DNA of 64,000 nucleotides from a virus: the IMG/VR virus record IMGVR_UViG_3300044991_002272. One strand, 5' to 3'. Shown one piece after another: positions 55,471 through 64,000 of this stretch. Below the pieces are notes generated by a model that made no database searches, had not been told where the DNA came from, and saw only the letters and a program-made list of their open reading frames with translations. A program made the position numbers and the translations under genes. Position 1 is the first letter of the stretch; each line of letters opens with the position of its first letter.

Positions 55471-56235
55471 ATGAAACAATATCCCACAAAGCCAGTTGCA
55501 CAAGTTGATATGCAAATAATGGACCAATTTATTGATCCCAATACGCGGCAAATTTTGAAAATTCTTCATGATCATCATGTGTCCACTCGGATTGTAGGTG
55601 GTGCAGTGAGAGACATGTTGCTACATAAAAAACCACGGGATATTGATTTGGTAGTGGACGCAGATCCCAGCGAAACGTTGTTTCTCTTGAACCTATATGG
55701 AATTGAGGCAGAAACACAGGGCATCAAACATGGCACTATCAAAGCCGTTTTTAGGCAGAATGGGGACAAAAACAAAGTGGAAATAACCAGTTTGGGTTAC
55801 AGGATACAGTTGAAAGGTTCTCGACCTTTTCTCAAAAAAGCCAAAAACTGGGCTACAGACAGTGAAATGCGGGACCTGACAATCAACAGCATGAGTATGG
55901 ATTTACATGGCCACATTTGGGATTATCAAGGCGGATACGCCGATTTGAAGCACAGTCGTATCCGAATGTTGCCTGATACTAAAACCAACATCAAGGACGA
56001 TCCCAACCAAATCATGCGATACTTCAAAGCCTTAACTATGTTTCCACAACCACTTATGGTGAAAACAGACCTTGAGTGGATCAAGAAACACATTAGCTTG
56101 TTAGCTGACCAAGAAGATGACGAGAGAGTTATCAGAAACTTATTGAGTATTCAAAAAAGCCCAAATGCTGACAGAATATTAGAATTGATGTGCCAATTGG
56201 GTGTAAAAAAATACATTTCCTACTTACCTTGTTAG
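55471..56235 (+). CDS. Class II CCA-adding/poly(A) polymerase-family nucleotidyltransferase (head and neck)
   Basis: VGGAVRD...DIDL, KHGT, RDLTINSM, DDPNQIMR; TAAATA at 55460. Confidence 0.85.
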   Translation: MKQYPTKPVAQVDMQIMDQFIDPNTRQILKILHDHHVSTRIVGGAVRDMLLHKKPRDIDLVVDADPSETLFLLNLYGIEAETQGIKHGTIKAVFRQNGDKNKVEITSLGYRIQLKGSRPFLKKAKNWATDSEMRDLTINSMSMDLHGHIWDYQGGYADLKHSRIRMLPDTKTNIKDDPNQIMRYFKALTMFPQPLMVKTDLEWIKKHISLLADQEDDERVIRNLLSIQKSPNADRILELMCQLGVKKYISYLPC

Positions 56236-56332
56236 TATTTTTGCCTCAGTAACACCAGTAACAAAGTAGCAATGTATGTCCTGACTCTGCTATAATGATG
56301 GCAACAACTCTCTATGTATATAAGGACCAAGA

Positions 56333-57220
56333 ATGAAAATAAAAATGCCCAGCACCAAGGACGTTAAAAAAGCCACCAGCAGTGTGACAAAAACTGTCAC
56401 TGACACCAGCAACACTGTGGTTAAAGAAACTACCAAAACTGTTGACAAGGCTGTTGACACAATAGCCAACACAGCCACTGATGCCTATAAGGACGCATCT
56501 AAGGCAGCGTCTGATGCCTACAATTATTCAGTGAGCTTGGCTAACAATACTGCTGCTGTGAGTGCAAGTGTTGCCAACACCGTTGCCAAAAACACCGAAG
56601 AGGCTGCCAAACAGGGCATCAACGTTGCTAGTGATGAGTGGAAGAAGGGCAGTGCTCTAGCACAAGACTTTTATAAGGACGGTGCTGAGGCAGTTGTCAA
56701 AGCTGCTGAAGATGCATATGCCTGGGCGGATGCTAATGCATGTAGAATTGGCTTGAACTATGCACTCACAACTGGTATAGTGCTCTACTTTGCTCCCAAG
56801 CCTGCTCCAGGTGATCCAGGCACTGTGAATTCAACCGCAGCCAGCATGACCTGGGTTGCCTGGTTTGCATCACAAGCTGGTAAGGCTGCCTCCGCAGCAC
56901 AAACTATGGCATTGAGTTGCAGTATCAGTTACATCATAACCGAAGGCTTGTTTTTGATTCCAGGGGTAAAGGGTCAAGTGAACAAGACACTTGTGTTCAA
57001 TGCTCTGTCAAATTGCATCAACACAACGATTACTAATGCATATCTCTGGGGTACACCAGCCGGTGTTGGTATTGCTGTGGGATCAGCCATCTCCCCAGTT
57101 ATTGCAACGCTGATTTGCGAGGGTGTGCTGCCGCGTGGTGCAAGCAAGGGTCCAGACGCCAAAGCTGCTGAAGACGGCATCAAGATGGCCAAGGACGCTT
57201 TGAAAAGCTTGGGCTTTTAA
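56333..57220 (+). CDS. Hypothetical protein: amphipathic A/T/K-rich N-half, hydrophobic C-half
   Basis: 295 aa; GCTATAAT -10 upstream. Confidence 0.7.
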   Translation: MKIKMPSTKDVKKATSSVTKTVTDTSNTVVKETTKTVDKAVDTIANTATDAYKDASKAASDAYNYSVSLANNTAAVSASVANTVAKNTEEAAKQGINVASDEWKKGSALAQDFYKDGAEAVVKAAEDAYAWADANACRIGLNYALTTGIVLYFAPKPAPGDPGTVNSTAASMTWVAWFASQAGKAASAAQTMALSCSISYIITEGLFLIPGVKGQVNKTLVFNALSNCINTTITNAYLWGTPAGVGIAVGSAISPVIATLICEGVLPRGASKGPDAKAAEDGIKMAKDALKSLGF

Positions 57221-57222
57221 CA

Positions 57223-57258
57223 ATCAAAGGAGCTGGATTTGTGTCCAGCTCCTTTGAT
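57223..57258. terminator. Hairpin between convergent genes
   Basis: ATCAAAGGAGCTGGA / TCCAGCTCCTTTGAT, perfect 15 bp. Confidence 0.8.
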
Positions 57259-58292
57259 CATGTAAAGATATCACTCAATGCGTTTTGATATTCTGGAAAC
57301 TGTTGAAAAAACCTTTCTGTAAAAACAACCAAATCTCCCTCTCGCGTATAAACTTTGTTACTGCGGCTGGGAGACAAAGTTTCTCCCTCCTCCGGCAGTT
57401 TGTCTAGCTTGGCCATTTCCCTAGCGTTCAACTGAAACCAAGGCACACTATCTTTCCAAAAGCTGACTTTTCCAGATTTTGTCAATTGCTCCTGATACAC
57501 TTTGTAGAGATGGACTTTCTCACTGTTGCTGGGCAGCAGGGCTCGAGGCACAGCCAATAGATCGTTCACACCTGCCAGGATGCTGTTGCTTGCGAGGCTG
57601 CTGGCCCTGATATCAGTTTCAGTCAAAATTTGATGATAACTACTACTAATAGGAACATAATCATGTTCCAAGAACCAATTGATTACATTAGTGACTTTTT
57701 GCAGTTCCACTGCATTATTGTGATTGCATTCAAAGAATATCCAAGGTTGGTCTTGTTGAATACGGGCAGCCGCACCTTTGAGAACATCAAGCTCATGACC
57801 TTCAACATCAATTTTCATGAGCTTGATTTTGGGAAGATCAAGGCTGTCAATGCAAACAGTTTTCACAGTGCGGTTTCCACGCTCTGATCCCACAATATGG
57901 CTGGTGCCAGTTTGTTTGGGATTGTATTGAAAGCTGATTTCTCCACTTTGTTGACTCACTGCCTGGTTGTGGATTTGATAAATGCTTTCCTTGCCTGCAA
58001 AGCTACGCATTATGCATTCACAATTTTCTTGAATGGGTTCAAACATAATTGTTTGACTACAGAAGCTTTGACTCAAAAATTCCCAGCTGGCAACACCATA
58101 GTTTGCACCAATATCCAACAGCAGTCCTGGTCCTTCCAGTCCCAGTGACTTCCAGCTTTTCCACCATTTCTTGAACAACCAATTGTCATTTTGGAGACGT
58201 AGCTTGCTGCTCCAGAAGTCGGCTTTGTTCATGTGTAGATTCAAACCATTGAATGGCAAAACTTCTGTTTTGAGCTCTGGCAGGCGTTCCAT
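57258..58292 (-). CDS. FkbM-family SAM-dependent methyltransferase
   Basis: LLDIGANYG, FEP, MKIDVEGHELDVLKG. Confidence 0.88.
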   Translation of the reverse strand: MERLPELKTEVLPFNGLNLHMNKADFWSSKLRLQNDNWLFKKWWKSWKSLGLEGPGLLLDIGANYGVASWEFLSQSFCSQTIMFEPIQENCECIMRSFAGKESIYQIHNQAVSQQSGEISFQYNPKQTGTSHIVGSERGNRTVKTVCIDSLDLPKIKLMKIDVEGHELDVLKGAAARIQQDQPWIFFECNHNNAVELQKVTNVINWFLEHDYVPISSSYHQILTETDIRASSLASNSILAGVNDLLAVPRALLPSNSEKVHLYKVYQEQLTKSGKVSFWKDSVPWFQLNAREMAKLDKLPEEGETLSPSRSNKVYTREGDLVVFTERFFQQFPEYQNALSDIFT

Positions 58293-58390
58293 AGAGTCTT
58301 ATTCCCGTGAATACATTATTCTGATTGTTACAGCTTTTTTGTTCTTGCGTCAAGATTCCAAATACATAAACAACCTATTTGACATATCGC

Positions 58391-58427
58391 TATAAATACA
58401 ACAAACTTAAATTGGAGAGTTTGTTAA
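58391..58427 (+). promoter_or_regulatory. Late promoter plus RBS-occluding hairpin
   Basis: TATAAATA then AACAAACT/AGTTTGTT enclosing GGAG, ending 2 nt before ATG. Confidence 0.75.
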
Positions 58428-59279
58428 ATGATCGAATGTCAAATCTGCAAAAGACAATTGGGCACCTTGGTAGGTAAGCACCTCAAAAGCCATGGTTTAT
58501 CAAGTCAAGAGTATCAAGAAAAATTTCCTGGGAATCCTGTTAGCGCAATGAAGCCATGGACAGAGGAGTTGCGTGCCAAACAAAAACAAGTGCGGACTGG
58601 CAGAAAACACAGCGAAGAAACCAAACAAAAAATTGGTGTTGGTAACAAGGGTAAAATTATGCCTAGAGAAGCTGTGGAGCGGCAAAAAGAAAGTTACCAG
58701 AAATTTTTAGAGAGTAATGGTGGCAGTCCTCAAAAAGGCTACAAACGTAGTGACGAATTCAAAAAGAGAATGAGTCACATAGCACAAACTAGAGATCCTG
58801 CACTAGTGCAACAAAAGGTTGAACAGATGTGGGCTGCACGACGCGGCAGCAAGGCTACTGATGAACAAAAAGCCCGATATTCTGAAGCTAGACTAGATTT
58901 TATTGAAAAGAACCCTGACAAAATTATTCCCAAACTATTCAATACAAAACCAGAGCAGGAATTTGAACAAATCTTAGTCACTAAAAACATCGCCTACAGT
59001 AAGAATAAAAGGGTTGGTAACAGATTGTTTGACTTTGTTGTAGAGGATTGCGTAATTGAGATTGATGGACCATATCATTGGAATCCATTGATGCATGGTA
59101 ACAAGACAATGACATTGGAAGAGAGGACTTTATTGTTAAGGGAGATGCAAACTCGAGATGCGCTCAAAACACAACTTGCCAAAGAAAATGGGTATCGGGT
59201 TTTTAGGCTAGATGTAACAAGTTGTCTACCCAAGGATTGGTATGAAAGGCTTAAAGCACAGGGATGGGATATCTTTTAA
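58428..59279 (+). CDS. Homing endonuclease: MucR-like finger, NUMOD3 repeats, Vsr/DUF559 nuclease
   Basis: CQIC..HLKSHG; KHSEETKQKI; FDF...IEIDGPYHW...D..K..LAKENGY. Confidence 0.82.
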   Translation: MIECQICKRQLGTLVGKHLKSHGLSSQEYQEKFPGNPVSAMKPWTEELRAKQKQVRTGRKHSEETKQKIGVGNKGKIMPREAVERQKESYQKFLESNGGSPQKGYKRSDEFKKRMSHIAQTRDPALVQQKVEQMWAARRGSKATDEQKARYSEARLDFIEKNPDKIIPKLFNTKPEQEFEQILVTKNIAYSKNKRVGNRLFDFVVEDCVIEIDGPYHWNPLMHGNKTMTLEERTLLLREMQTRDALKTQLAKENGYRVFRLDVTSCLPKDWYERLKAQGWDIF

Positions 59280-59286
59280 CACAAGA

Positions 59287-59313
59287 AAAAAGCCCGGCAT
59301 TGCCGGGCTTTTT
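59287..59313. terminator. Bidirectional terminator after the major capsid gene
   Basis: AAAAAGCCCGGC / GCCGGGCTTTTT. Confidence 0.9.
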
Positions 59314-59364
59314 GCATGAAAGTCTATGTATCAAAGGGCACATTACGTAACCCTTTGATATTGC

Positions 59365-60573
59365 TCACAAAAATTTCAAATTCGCAGTATTTATGGCGAT
59401 GCCAGCCAAGTAGTCAGCAGCATTACCAAGTGAACTTGCTACGTTGCTGAGTTCCAAGTAACCATATCGTGACATGAAAGACACCACTGGTTCGAAGGTG
59501 TTGGGATCAATCACAACACCACTGCTTGTCAGTGGCACATATGGGCAATAATACGCAGCCGCATCAATTTCGCCAGGACCCTTGTAACCAACTAGCACAG
59601 GGGTATCATCAGCAGCATATTGGTCCACATACACGCGAACTGAGTTGTTCAAAACGCCAACGAACTTGGTGTTGGTTGGAGCTTCGAATGTGCCTTCAGT
59701 TGTGCGAGCGAAAGCGGAAGTTGTTGCGCTTTGCAGGATTGTCAGTGCTGTGGGGGAAACCACAACCCAGTTACCAGCACCACGACGTGTGCGAGCAGCA
59801 ATCAAGTTTGCACCACGGTTGATCAAGACAGCAAGAGCAGCATGCTCGTCACCAACGAATGTGGCAGTGCCGGAGACAGCGCCTTGGTCGTATGTGAGAG
59901 TGATGCCAGCTAGGTTGCGCAGGCTGTTTAGGATCTCTTGGTCAATTTCAGCTGTGATTTCTTGAGCTAGAGCAGCCATAATCTCAGCTTCGATGTCAAT
60001 GCCTTGTTGGGCTTGTGCATCTTGTGCAGCCTCGAAAGTCCAGCGAGCGCTGAGCTTGCGGGTCTTGGCTTCCACAGTCTCTTTCAAGATCTGGATGTTT
60101 AGTCTCTTGCCAGCTGTGCCTTCAAGTGTTGCAGCAGCAGCACCGCGAGGGTTGTTCACATCGCCATTACCGCTGTAAAAGCGAGCAATGTCAAATGGGC
60201 TGAGAGCTTCAGTACCAGCAATCACGCCACCAGCTACTGCTGGATTGGGGTATGTGTCGGCATAACGCACACGCAGGGTGTGGATTTGCCCAACGGGACC
60301 TGTCATTGGTTGCACGCCGATGATCTCGTTAGCGATAACAGTTGGCATCACTCGACGGATAACGGGCAGGATAACCTTGTTTAGGGTAGCAACGTTGCCT
60401 TGGCTTGTTGAACCAGGTGTTGCGTTTTCAAACAAGATGCCTGCTTTGCTGCTTAGGTCACGCTTGGTATTCTCAAGAACCACTTCCATAACTTTCTTGC
60501 GATTGCCGGTGAGGCCTTCGCAGAGAGCGTCTCTGGTGAGATTCCAGTTGGCTTCAAAAAGGTTGCCTTTCAT
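59365..60573 (-). CDS. Major capsid protein (T4 gp23-like)
   Basis: IRRVMP..IANEIIGVQPMTGP, AKTRKLSARWT.E.AQD, AEIDQEI, YCPYVPL, SRYG. Confidence 0.97.
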   Translation of the reverse strand: MKGNLFEANWNLTRDALCEGLTGNRKKVMEVVLENTKRDLSSKAGILFENATPGSTSQGNVATLNKVILPVIRRVMPTVIANEIIGVQPMTGPVGQIHTLRVRYADTYPNPAVAGGVIAGTEALSPFDIARFYSGNGDVNNPRGAAAATLEGTAGKRLNIQILKETVEAKTRKLSARWTFEAAQDAQAQQGIDIEAEIMAALAQEITAEIDQEILNSLRNLAGITLTYDQGAVSGTATFVGDEHAALAVLINRGANLIAARTRRGAGNWVVVSPTALTILQSATTSAFARTTEGTFEAPTNTKFVGVLNNSVRVYVDQYAADDTPVLVGYKGPGEIDAAAYYCPYVPLTSSGVVIDPNTFEPVVSFMSRYGYLELSNVASSLGNAADYLAGIAINTANLKFL

Positions 60574-60586
60574 AGTCATTTTCTCC

Positions 60587-61792
60587 TTATTGTGCTTTGG
60601 CGACACCGGCCAAATACAAGATATTTTGAAGATCGCGATCTTCAGTTGGGTTTTGTTGTGTTTCCACGAGACTTACGCGGTCTCCGGAATGTGCCACAGC
60701 TCTGCTGGGTTTTGCTTGCACAGCCTTTGGTGCGGCTGGTGCATTTTGGTTCAACACTGCGGGCAAGTATCTGTGATAGCTTTCTTTGAGGTGTGTGGTT
60801 TTCACATCTTCCAAAAGGCTTTCCATGATCTTTTTCTTGTCTCTGGCCAAGGGGTTCAACAGCTCATTGAGCACTTGGGCTCTTTGAAGCTGAGCTTGTG
60901 CTGCACGGCTTTGTGCACGAACGCTTTCCAAGAGATTTTCTTTCTCATGAATTGCCTTTTGTGCCTCAGCTAGTGCTGCTTGTTGCGTCTTGAGTTGATC
61001 ACTGAGCTTTTTGACTTGAGTACCTTCTGCAAGGTAGCTGGTCATAAATTCAGCGGCCACAGCTTCGAATATTTTACGACCAAAATTGTTCTCACGAGCA
61101 ATTTTGATATCGTCTCTCCATTGCACCAACTCGCGCTTGATGACCTCGTTCAAGGTTTTATCAACCACAGTGGTTGCTCTGTTGACAAATGAGCGTTGGG
61201 TTTCATCCAGCTTGCGCTTTGCTTCGCTTGCCAGTTTGACTCGTTGCTCTACCAGAGCCTTTTTGTCAGATTGAAATTCGGAAATTTCTTCTGACAATTG
61301 CTGAAGAACAAAGTTCTCCAGTTTGCCAATTTTAGCTTCGAGGGCTGCTTGAGCGTTTTTCTTACTCTCCAGCAGTTCGGTAGCCATAGATTTGCGTTGA
61401 ACGGCCAACTGTTTTCTGTCGGCTTTGAACTCAGTAATTTCCTTGCGGATTTCACCTTGCATAAACTGTTCCATCATTTTCACATGTTGGGCCAGCTTTT
61501 TGTTGTAAGTGGATTTTGCCTCACTAACAGCACGGGTGAGCTGCACCTTTTTGGCTGCTACTGCTTGCTTGTCTTGAGAGAACTCACTGAGTTCTTTTCT
61601 CACAACATCGTTCAACATCTTGTCCATGGCTTCCACAAGCAATCCGCGCTCGTGCTCGAAGCGATGAGCATAACTTTCTTGGAGCTTTGTCTCAGCTTCT
61701 TTGAGCTTGTTTGTGAATGCTTCCTGAAGGGCAGTTTTGGCTTCGGGGCCAAGCACTTCGTTCTCCAGGAGCTCTTGTAGTTGTTTTTCCAT
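60587..61792 (-). CDS. Prohead scaffold (T4 gp22-like)
   Basis: Long coiled coil between protease and capsid; ends NILYLAGVAKAQ. Confidence 0.85.
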   Translation of the reverse strand: MEKQLQELLENEVLGPEAKTALQEAFTNKLKEAETKLQESYAHRFEHERGLLVEAMDKMLNDVVRKELSEFSQDKQAVAAKKVQLTRAVSEAKSTYNKKLAQHVKMMEQFMQGEIRKEITEFKADRKQLAVQRKSMATELLESKKNAQAALEAKIGKLENFVLQQLSEEISEFQSDKKALVEQRVKLASEAKRKLDETQRSFVNRATTVVDKTLNEVIKRELVQWRDDIKIARENNFGRKIFEAVAAEFMTSYLAEGTQVKKLSDQLKTQQAALAEAQKAIHEKENLLESVRAQSRAAQAQLQRAQVLNELLNPLARDKKKIMESLLEDVKTTHLKESYHRYLPAVLNQNAPAAPKAVQAKPSRAVAHSGDRVSLVETQQNPTEDRDLQNILYLAGVAKAQ

Positions 61793-61810
61793 AGGACTGG
61801 CGTCTCCTTG

Positions 61811-62443
61811 TTAAATCTTCAACTCGTTAACCCAGCGGAGCAGGGTCTTGGTGAGATGCTTTTGAGCCTTCTCATCATGACGCACGCTTTCTGCCAAGTC
61901 TCTGATGTTGCTGCCGAGCCTTCTGTGATACATAGCCTCATATACAGGCACAGGATATGCACTTGGGGCTGAAGGTTTGGCCACTATGTCGACTGTTAAC
62001 ATTTCAAAATCTGAAACGTTCCCATAGGGATCGACATTGCCTGAGCCACGTGATGAAACGCCAAGTTTTACACCACTCTCAAGCAAGGTTTTTGCAATTT
62101 GACCGCAAGGTGTTGGTAATACTTTCAACTTACCAAGGCCATTGGGACCGTCTATCCACATTTTTTGAATGCTGTGGCTTACGCGATCTAGATGAATTTG
62201 AAGCTCTTGTGGATGATCCAGTTCACCAGGTACCCCATTGTCTTTGGATATGCTTGAATTTACTAGCTCTACGGCTTTGCGAATCTCGTCTACAGGATAG
62301 ACTCTTCCGTTATGATTTTTGATTCCGCCTTGAATGAAGATTCCTTCCATGAAGAGGTTTTTATGACCACCTTCTATGGCTTCGGTAACAACCTTCATTT
62401 GTGCATCATCAAAATGCAAGTGTTCTTGCAGAATTGAGACCAT
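61811..62443 (-). CDS. Prohead protease (T4 gp21-like)
   Basis: EGIFIQ....NHNGRVYP, GELDHP, VSH, GVSSRGSG, DIVAKPSAP.A. Confidence 0.95.
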   Translation of the reverse strand: MVSILQEHLHFDDAQMKVVTEAIEGGHKNLFMEGIFIQGGIKNHNGRVYPVDEIRKAVELVNSSISKDNGVPGELDHPQELQIHLDRVSHSIQKMWIDGPNGLGKLKVLPTPCGQIAKTLLESGVKLGVSSRGSGNVDPYGNVSDFEMLTVDIVAKPSAPSAYPVPVYEAMYHRRLGSNIRDLAESVRHDEKAQKHLTKTLLRWVNELKI

Positions 62444-62583
62444 TTTTGTTTCCTGTTTAGTTTCGTAGTAACAATATTTAACAACACTATCTGAAACAGC
62501 TGGATTTCCAGTAAGAAACCAGTGTTTTTTCAAAGAACTATGCTGTAACCTTTTGAGTTACAGCATAATTTCTTGTTGATAAA

Positions 62584-63855
62584 TTACTTCTTTGGTGTTG
62601 TGCCGGTGCTGCCCAGTGGGCTGCGAACGTTGGCTGCGCCAAAACCTTCTGAACGATCTTTGTTCAACATGGCCTTTGTACTGCCTTCCTTGCTGACATG
62701 AGTCATGTCTTCACTAGCCTTCTTGCGACGGTTGGACAAGTTCATACTGGCACTTGTGGGGGCAGATTGAAGATGATATCCATCAGCCTTTGATCCCTTG
62801 CCTGTCACAACTGGCTTGGCACCTGGAACAGGGCTTTGAACTCCTTTGGGCACTGGGCTATGCTTGCTGACATCAGAACGGGAAAATTTACCAGCGCCAA
62901 CTTCAGCAGACTTTTTGGCGTCTACATGAACTGTATCGAGGGCAATGGCTTCATCAAGATCATCATAGTCTTCATCAAGGTCGCCTGACCCAGGGCTACC
63001 GCCAAGCTGGTCAATCACATAATCCCAGCACTTTTCTTCTGTGCCTGAGAACAAGCTGTCGGGTTCGTCATCGTCGCCATCATCTACGTAAACCTCGCAT
63101 TCACCACCTTGTGCACCGCTGATGTTAAACCGATCAATTTCATATTCCACACTTCCGTATCCGCCAGCAGACTGGATGCGATAAGGCATGCCTTCAATAG
63201 TAATTTTGTCGTTAGTGGCAGAGAACTTGTAACGTGTGCCTTTTGGAGTCTGTCCGCTGTCGCCATAAGATTCATCAAGGTCGTCAGTGTTGTCCATCCA
63301 GCCTTCGTCTACTGTTTCTTCGTCACTATCTGCATCACCATGTTCACCATGTAGTTCGGCTTTCATAGCTTCAAATTCAGCAGTCAATTCTTCAATTGCT
63401 TGCTCAATGTCTTTTAGACGCTCGCCTTCAGCTTCCTCGTCGTGGGCCATGTCTGCATCCATTTCAGCTTCATCAGCATCCATTTCTTCATCATCCATGT
63501 CGTCTTCAGCATCCATGTCCATGTCATCGTCTTCCACGTCAACATCAACATCGTCAGCATCTTCATCATCTCCAGCACTTACTGTGAGATCTTCAACCGC
63601 GTCATCGAGGTCAACATCTTCCATTGTGCCGTCGCCATAATGCTCTTCACTCTCAATTTCTTCTTTGTGAGCTCTAATGTCGTGTCCGAGGTCTTCGCCC
63701 TCGTCCCCGCCCATTTCATGCTCTTCGTCACTTAGCATTTCCTCGTGAATTGCACGGGCCTTCTCAATGAAGATTTGGTGCAACAGGTCACGAGCCTTGT
63801 CTTCTTGCTCGTTGATAAGGTAATCCATTACCTTCAACAGCTTGCTATTAGCCAT
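62584..63855 (-). CDS. Acidic prohead core protein
   Basis: D/E-rich; N-terminal helical LINEQEDKARDLLHQIFIEKAR; several (L/V)DE sites; TAAATA at about 63894. Confidence 0.75.
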   Translation of the reverse strand: MANSKLLKVMDYLINEQEDKARDLLHQIFIEKARAIHEEMLSDEEHEMGGDEGEDLGHDIRAHKEEIESEEHYGDGTMEDVDLDDAVEDLTVSAGDDEDADDVDVDVEDDDMDMDAEDDMDDEEMDADEAEMDADMAHDEEAEGERLKDIEQAIEELTAEFEAMKAELHGEHGDADSDEETVDEGWMDNTDDLDESYGDSGQTPKGTRYKFSATNDKITIEGMPYRIQSAGGYGSVEYEIDRFNISGAQGGECEVYVDDGDDDEPDSLFSGTEEKCWDYVIDQLGGSPGSGDLDEDYDDLDEAIALDTVHVDAKKSAEVGAGKFSRSDVSKHSPVPKGVQSPVPGAKPVVTGKGSKADGYHLQSAPTSASMNLSNRRKKASEDMTHVSKEGSTKAMLNKDRSEGFGAANVRSPLGSTGTTPKK

Positions 63856-63951
63856 AGTTTGTCTCCTTTGGTAAAGTTGATAGACTCTGTGTTTATTTAG
63901 AAGGAGTTGAAGAATAACTTGGATTTATATGGAAAATAAGGCAATTTTAGA

Positions 63952-64000
63952 CTACATGCCTGGCATTCCGCCGCCTTCAGCAGAGGGAGCGCCATACAAC
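63952..64000 (-). CDS. 3' end of a gene truncated by the window edge
   Basis: Reads ...LYGAPSAEGGGMPGM* and stops just upstream of the core-gene promoter. Confidence 0.4.
   Translation of the reverse strand, partial: LYGAPSAEGGGMPGM

Noticed and set aside
60278-61780. Long plus-strand ORFs over the capsid and scaffold genes (also 17372-17812, 48828-49375, 49797-50435, 63287-63640)
   Set aside because: Antisense shadows of well-supported genes, without RBS or recognisable motifs.
1-64000. Stop-codon reassignment, DGR/retron, or tRNA cluster
   Set aside because: Core genes are full length in code 11 and end in TAA, TAG and TGA; no reverse transcriptase motif or tRNA T-loop was found by eye.

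Overview
A 64-kb segment of a large T4-superfamily (jumbo-type) myovirus genome, mostly on the minus strand. Head module: prohead core, protease, scaffold, major capsid, terminase large and probable small subunit, gp4-like protein. Neck/tail module: gp13/gp14/gp15-like proteins, a 1232-aa sheath and the tube. Replication/recombination: gp41 helicase, primase, gp32 SSB, UvsX, UvsY, UvsW, dNMP kinase, and a 208-aa DnaE-like mini polymerase. Early accessory islands sit behind host sigma70-type promoters. An alphaproteobacterial host is inferred from the GCTAnAnT -10 boxes, a Usg-like gene, and MucR-like fingers. Most notable: (1) one three-way-junction structure, supported by five compensatory base-pair changes, wraps the late promoter, RBS and start codon of two unrelated homing endonuclease genes (GIY-YIG and HNH); (2) the helicase is a fractured gene with a gp41-1-type split intein around a free-standing Vsr-like endonuclease; (3) an RlmN-like radical SAM enzyme lacking the resolving cysteine sits next to a phage ribosomal protein L33; (4) an R-M-like cluster has a split SF2 motor and two complementary methyltransferase paralogues; (5) late-expressed twin T7-0.7-like kinases and a CCA-type nucleotidyltransferase carry altered catalytic motifs. 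No tRNA, CRISPR array or reverse transcriptase was seen. All family assignments come from motif recognition by eye; no database searches were run.
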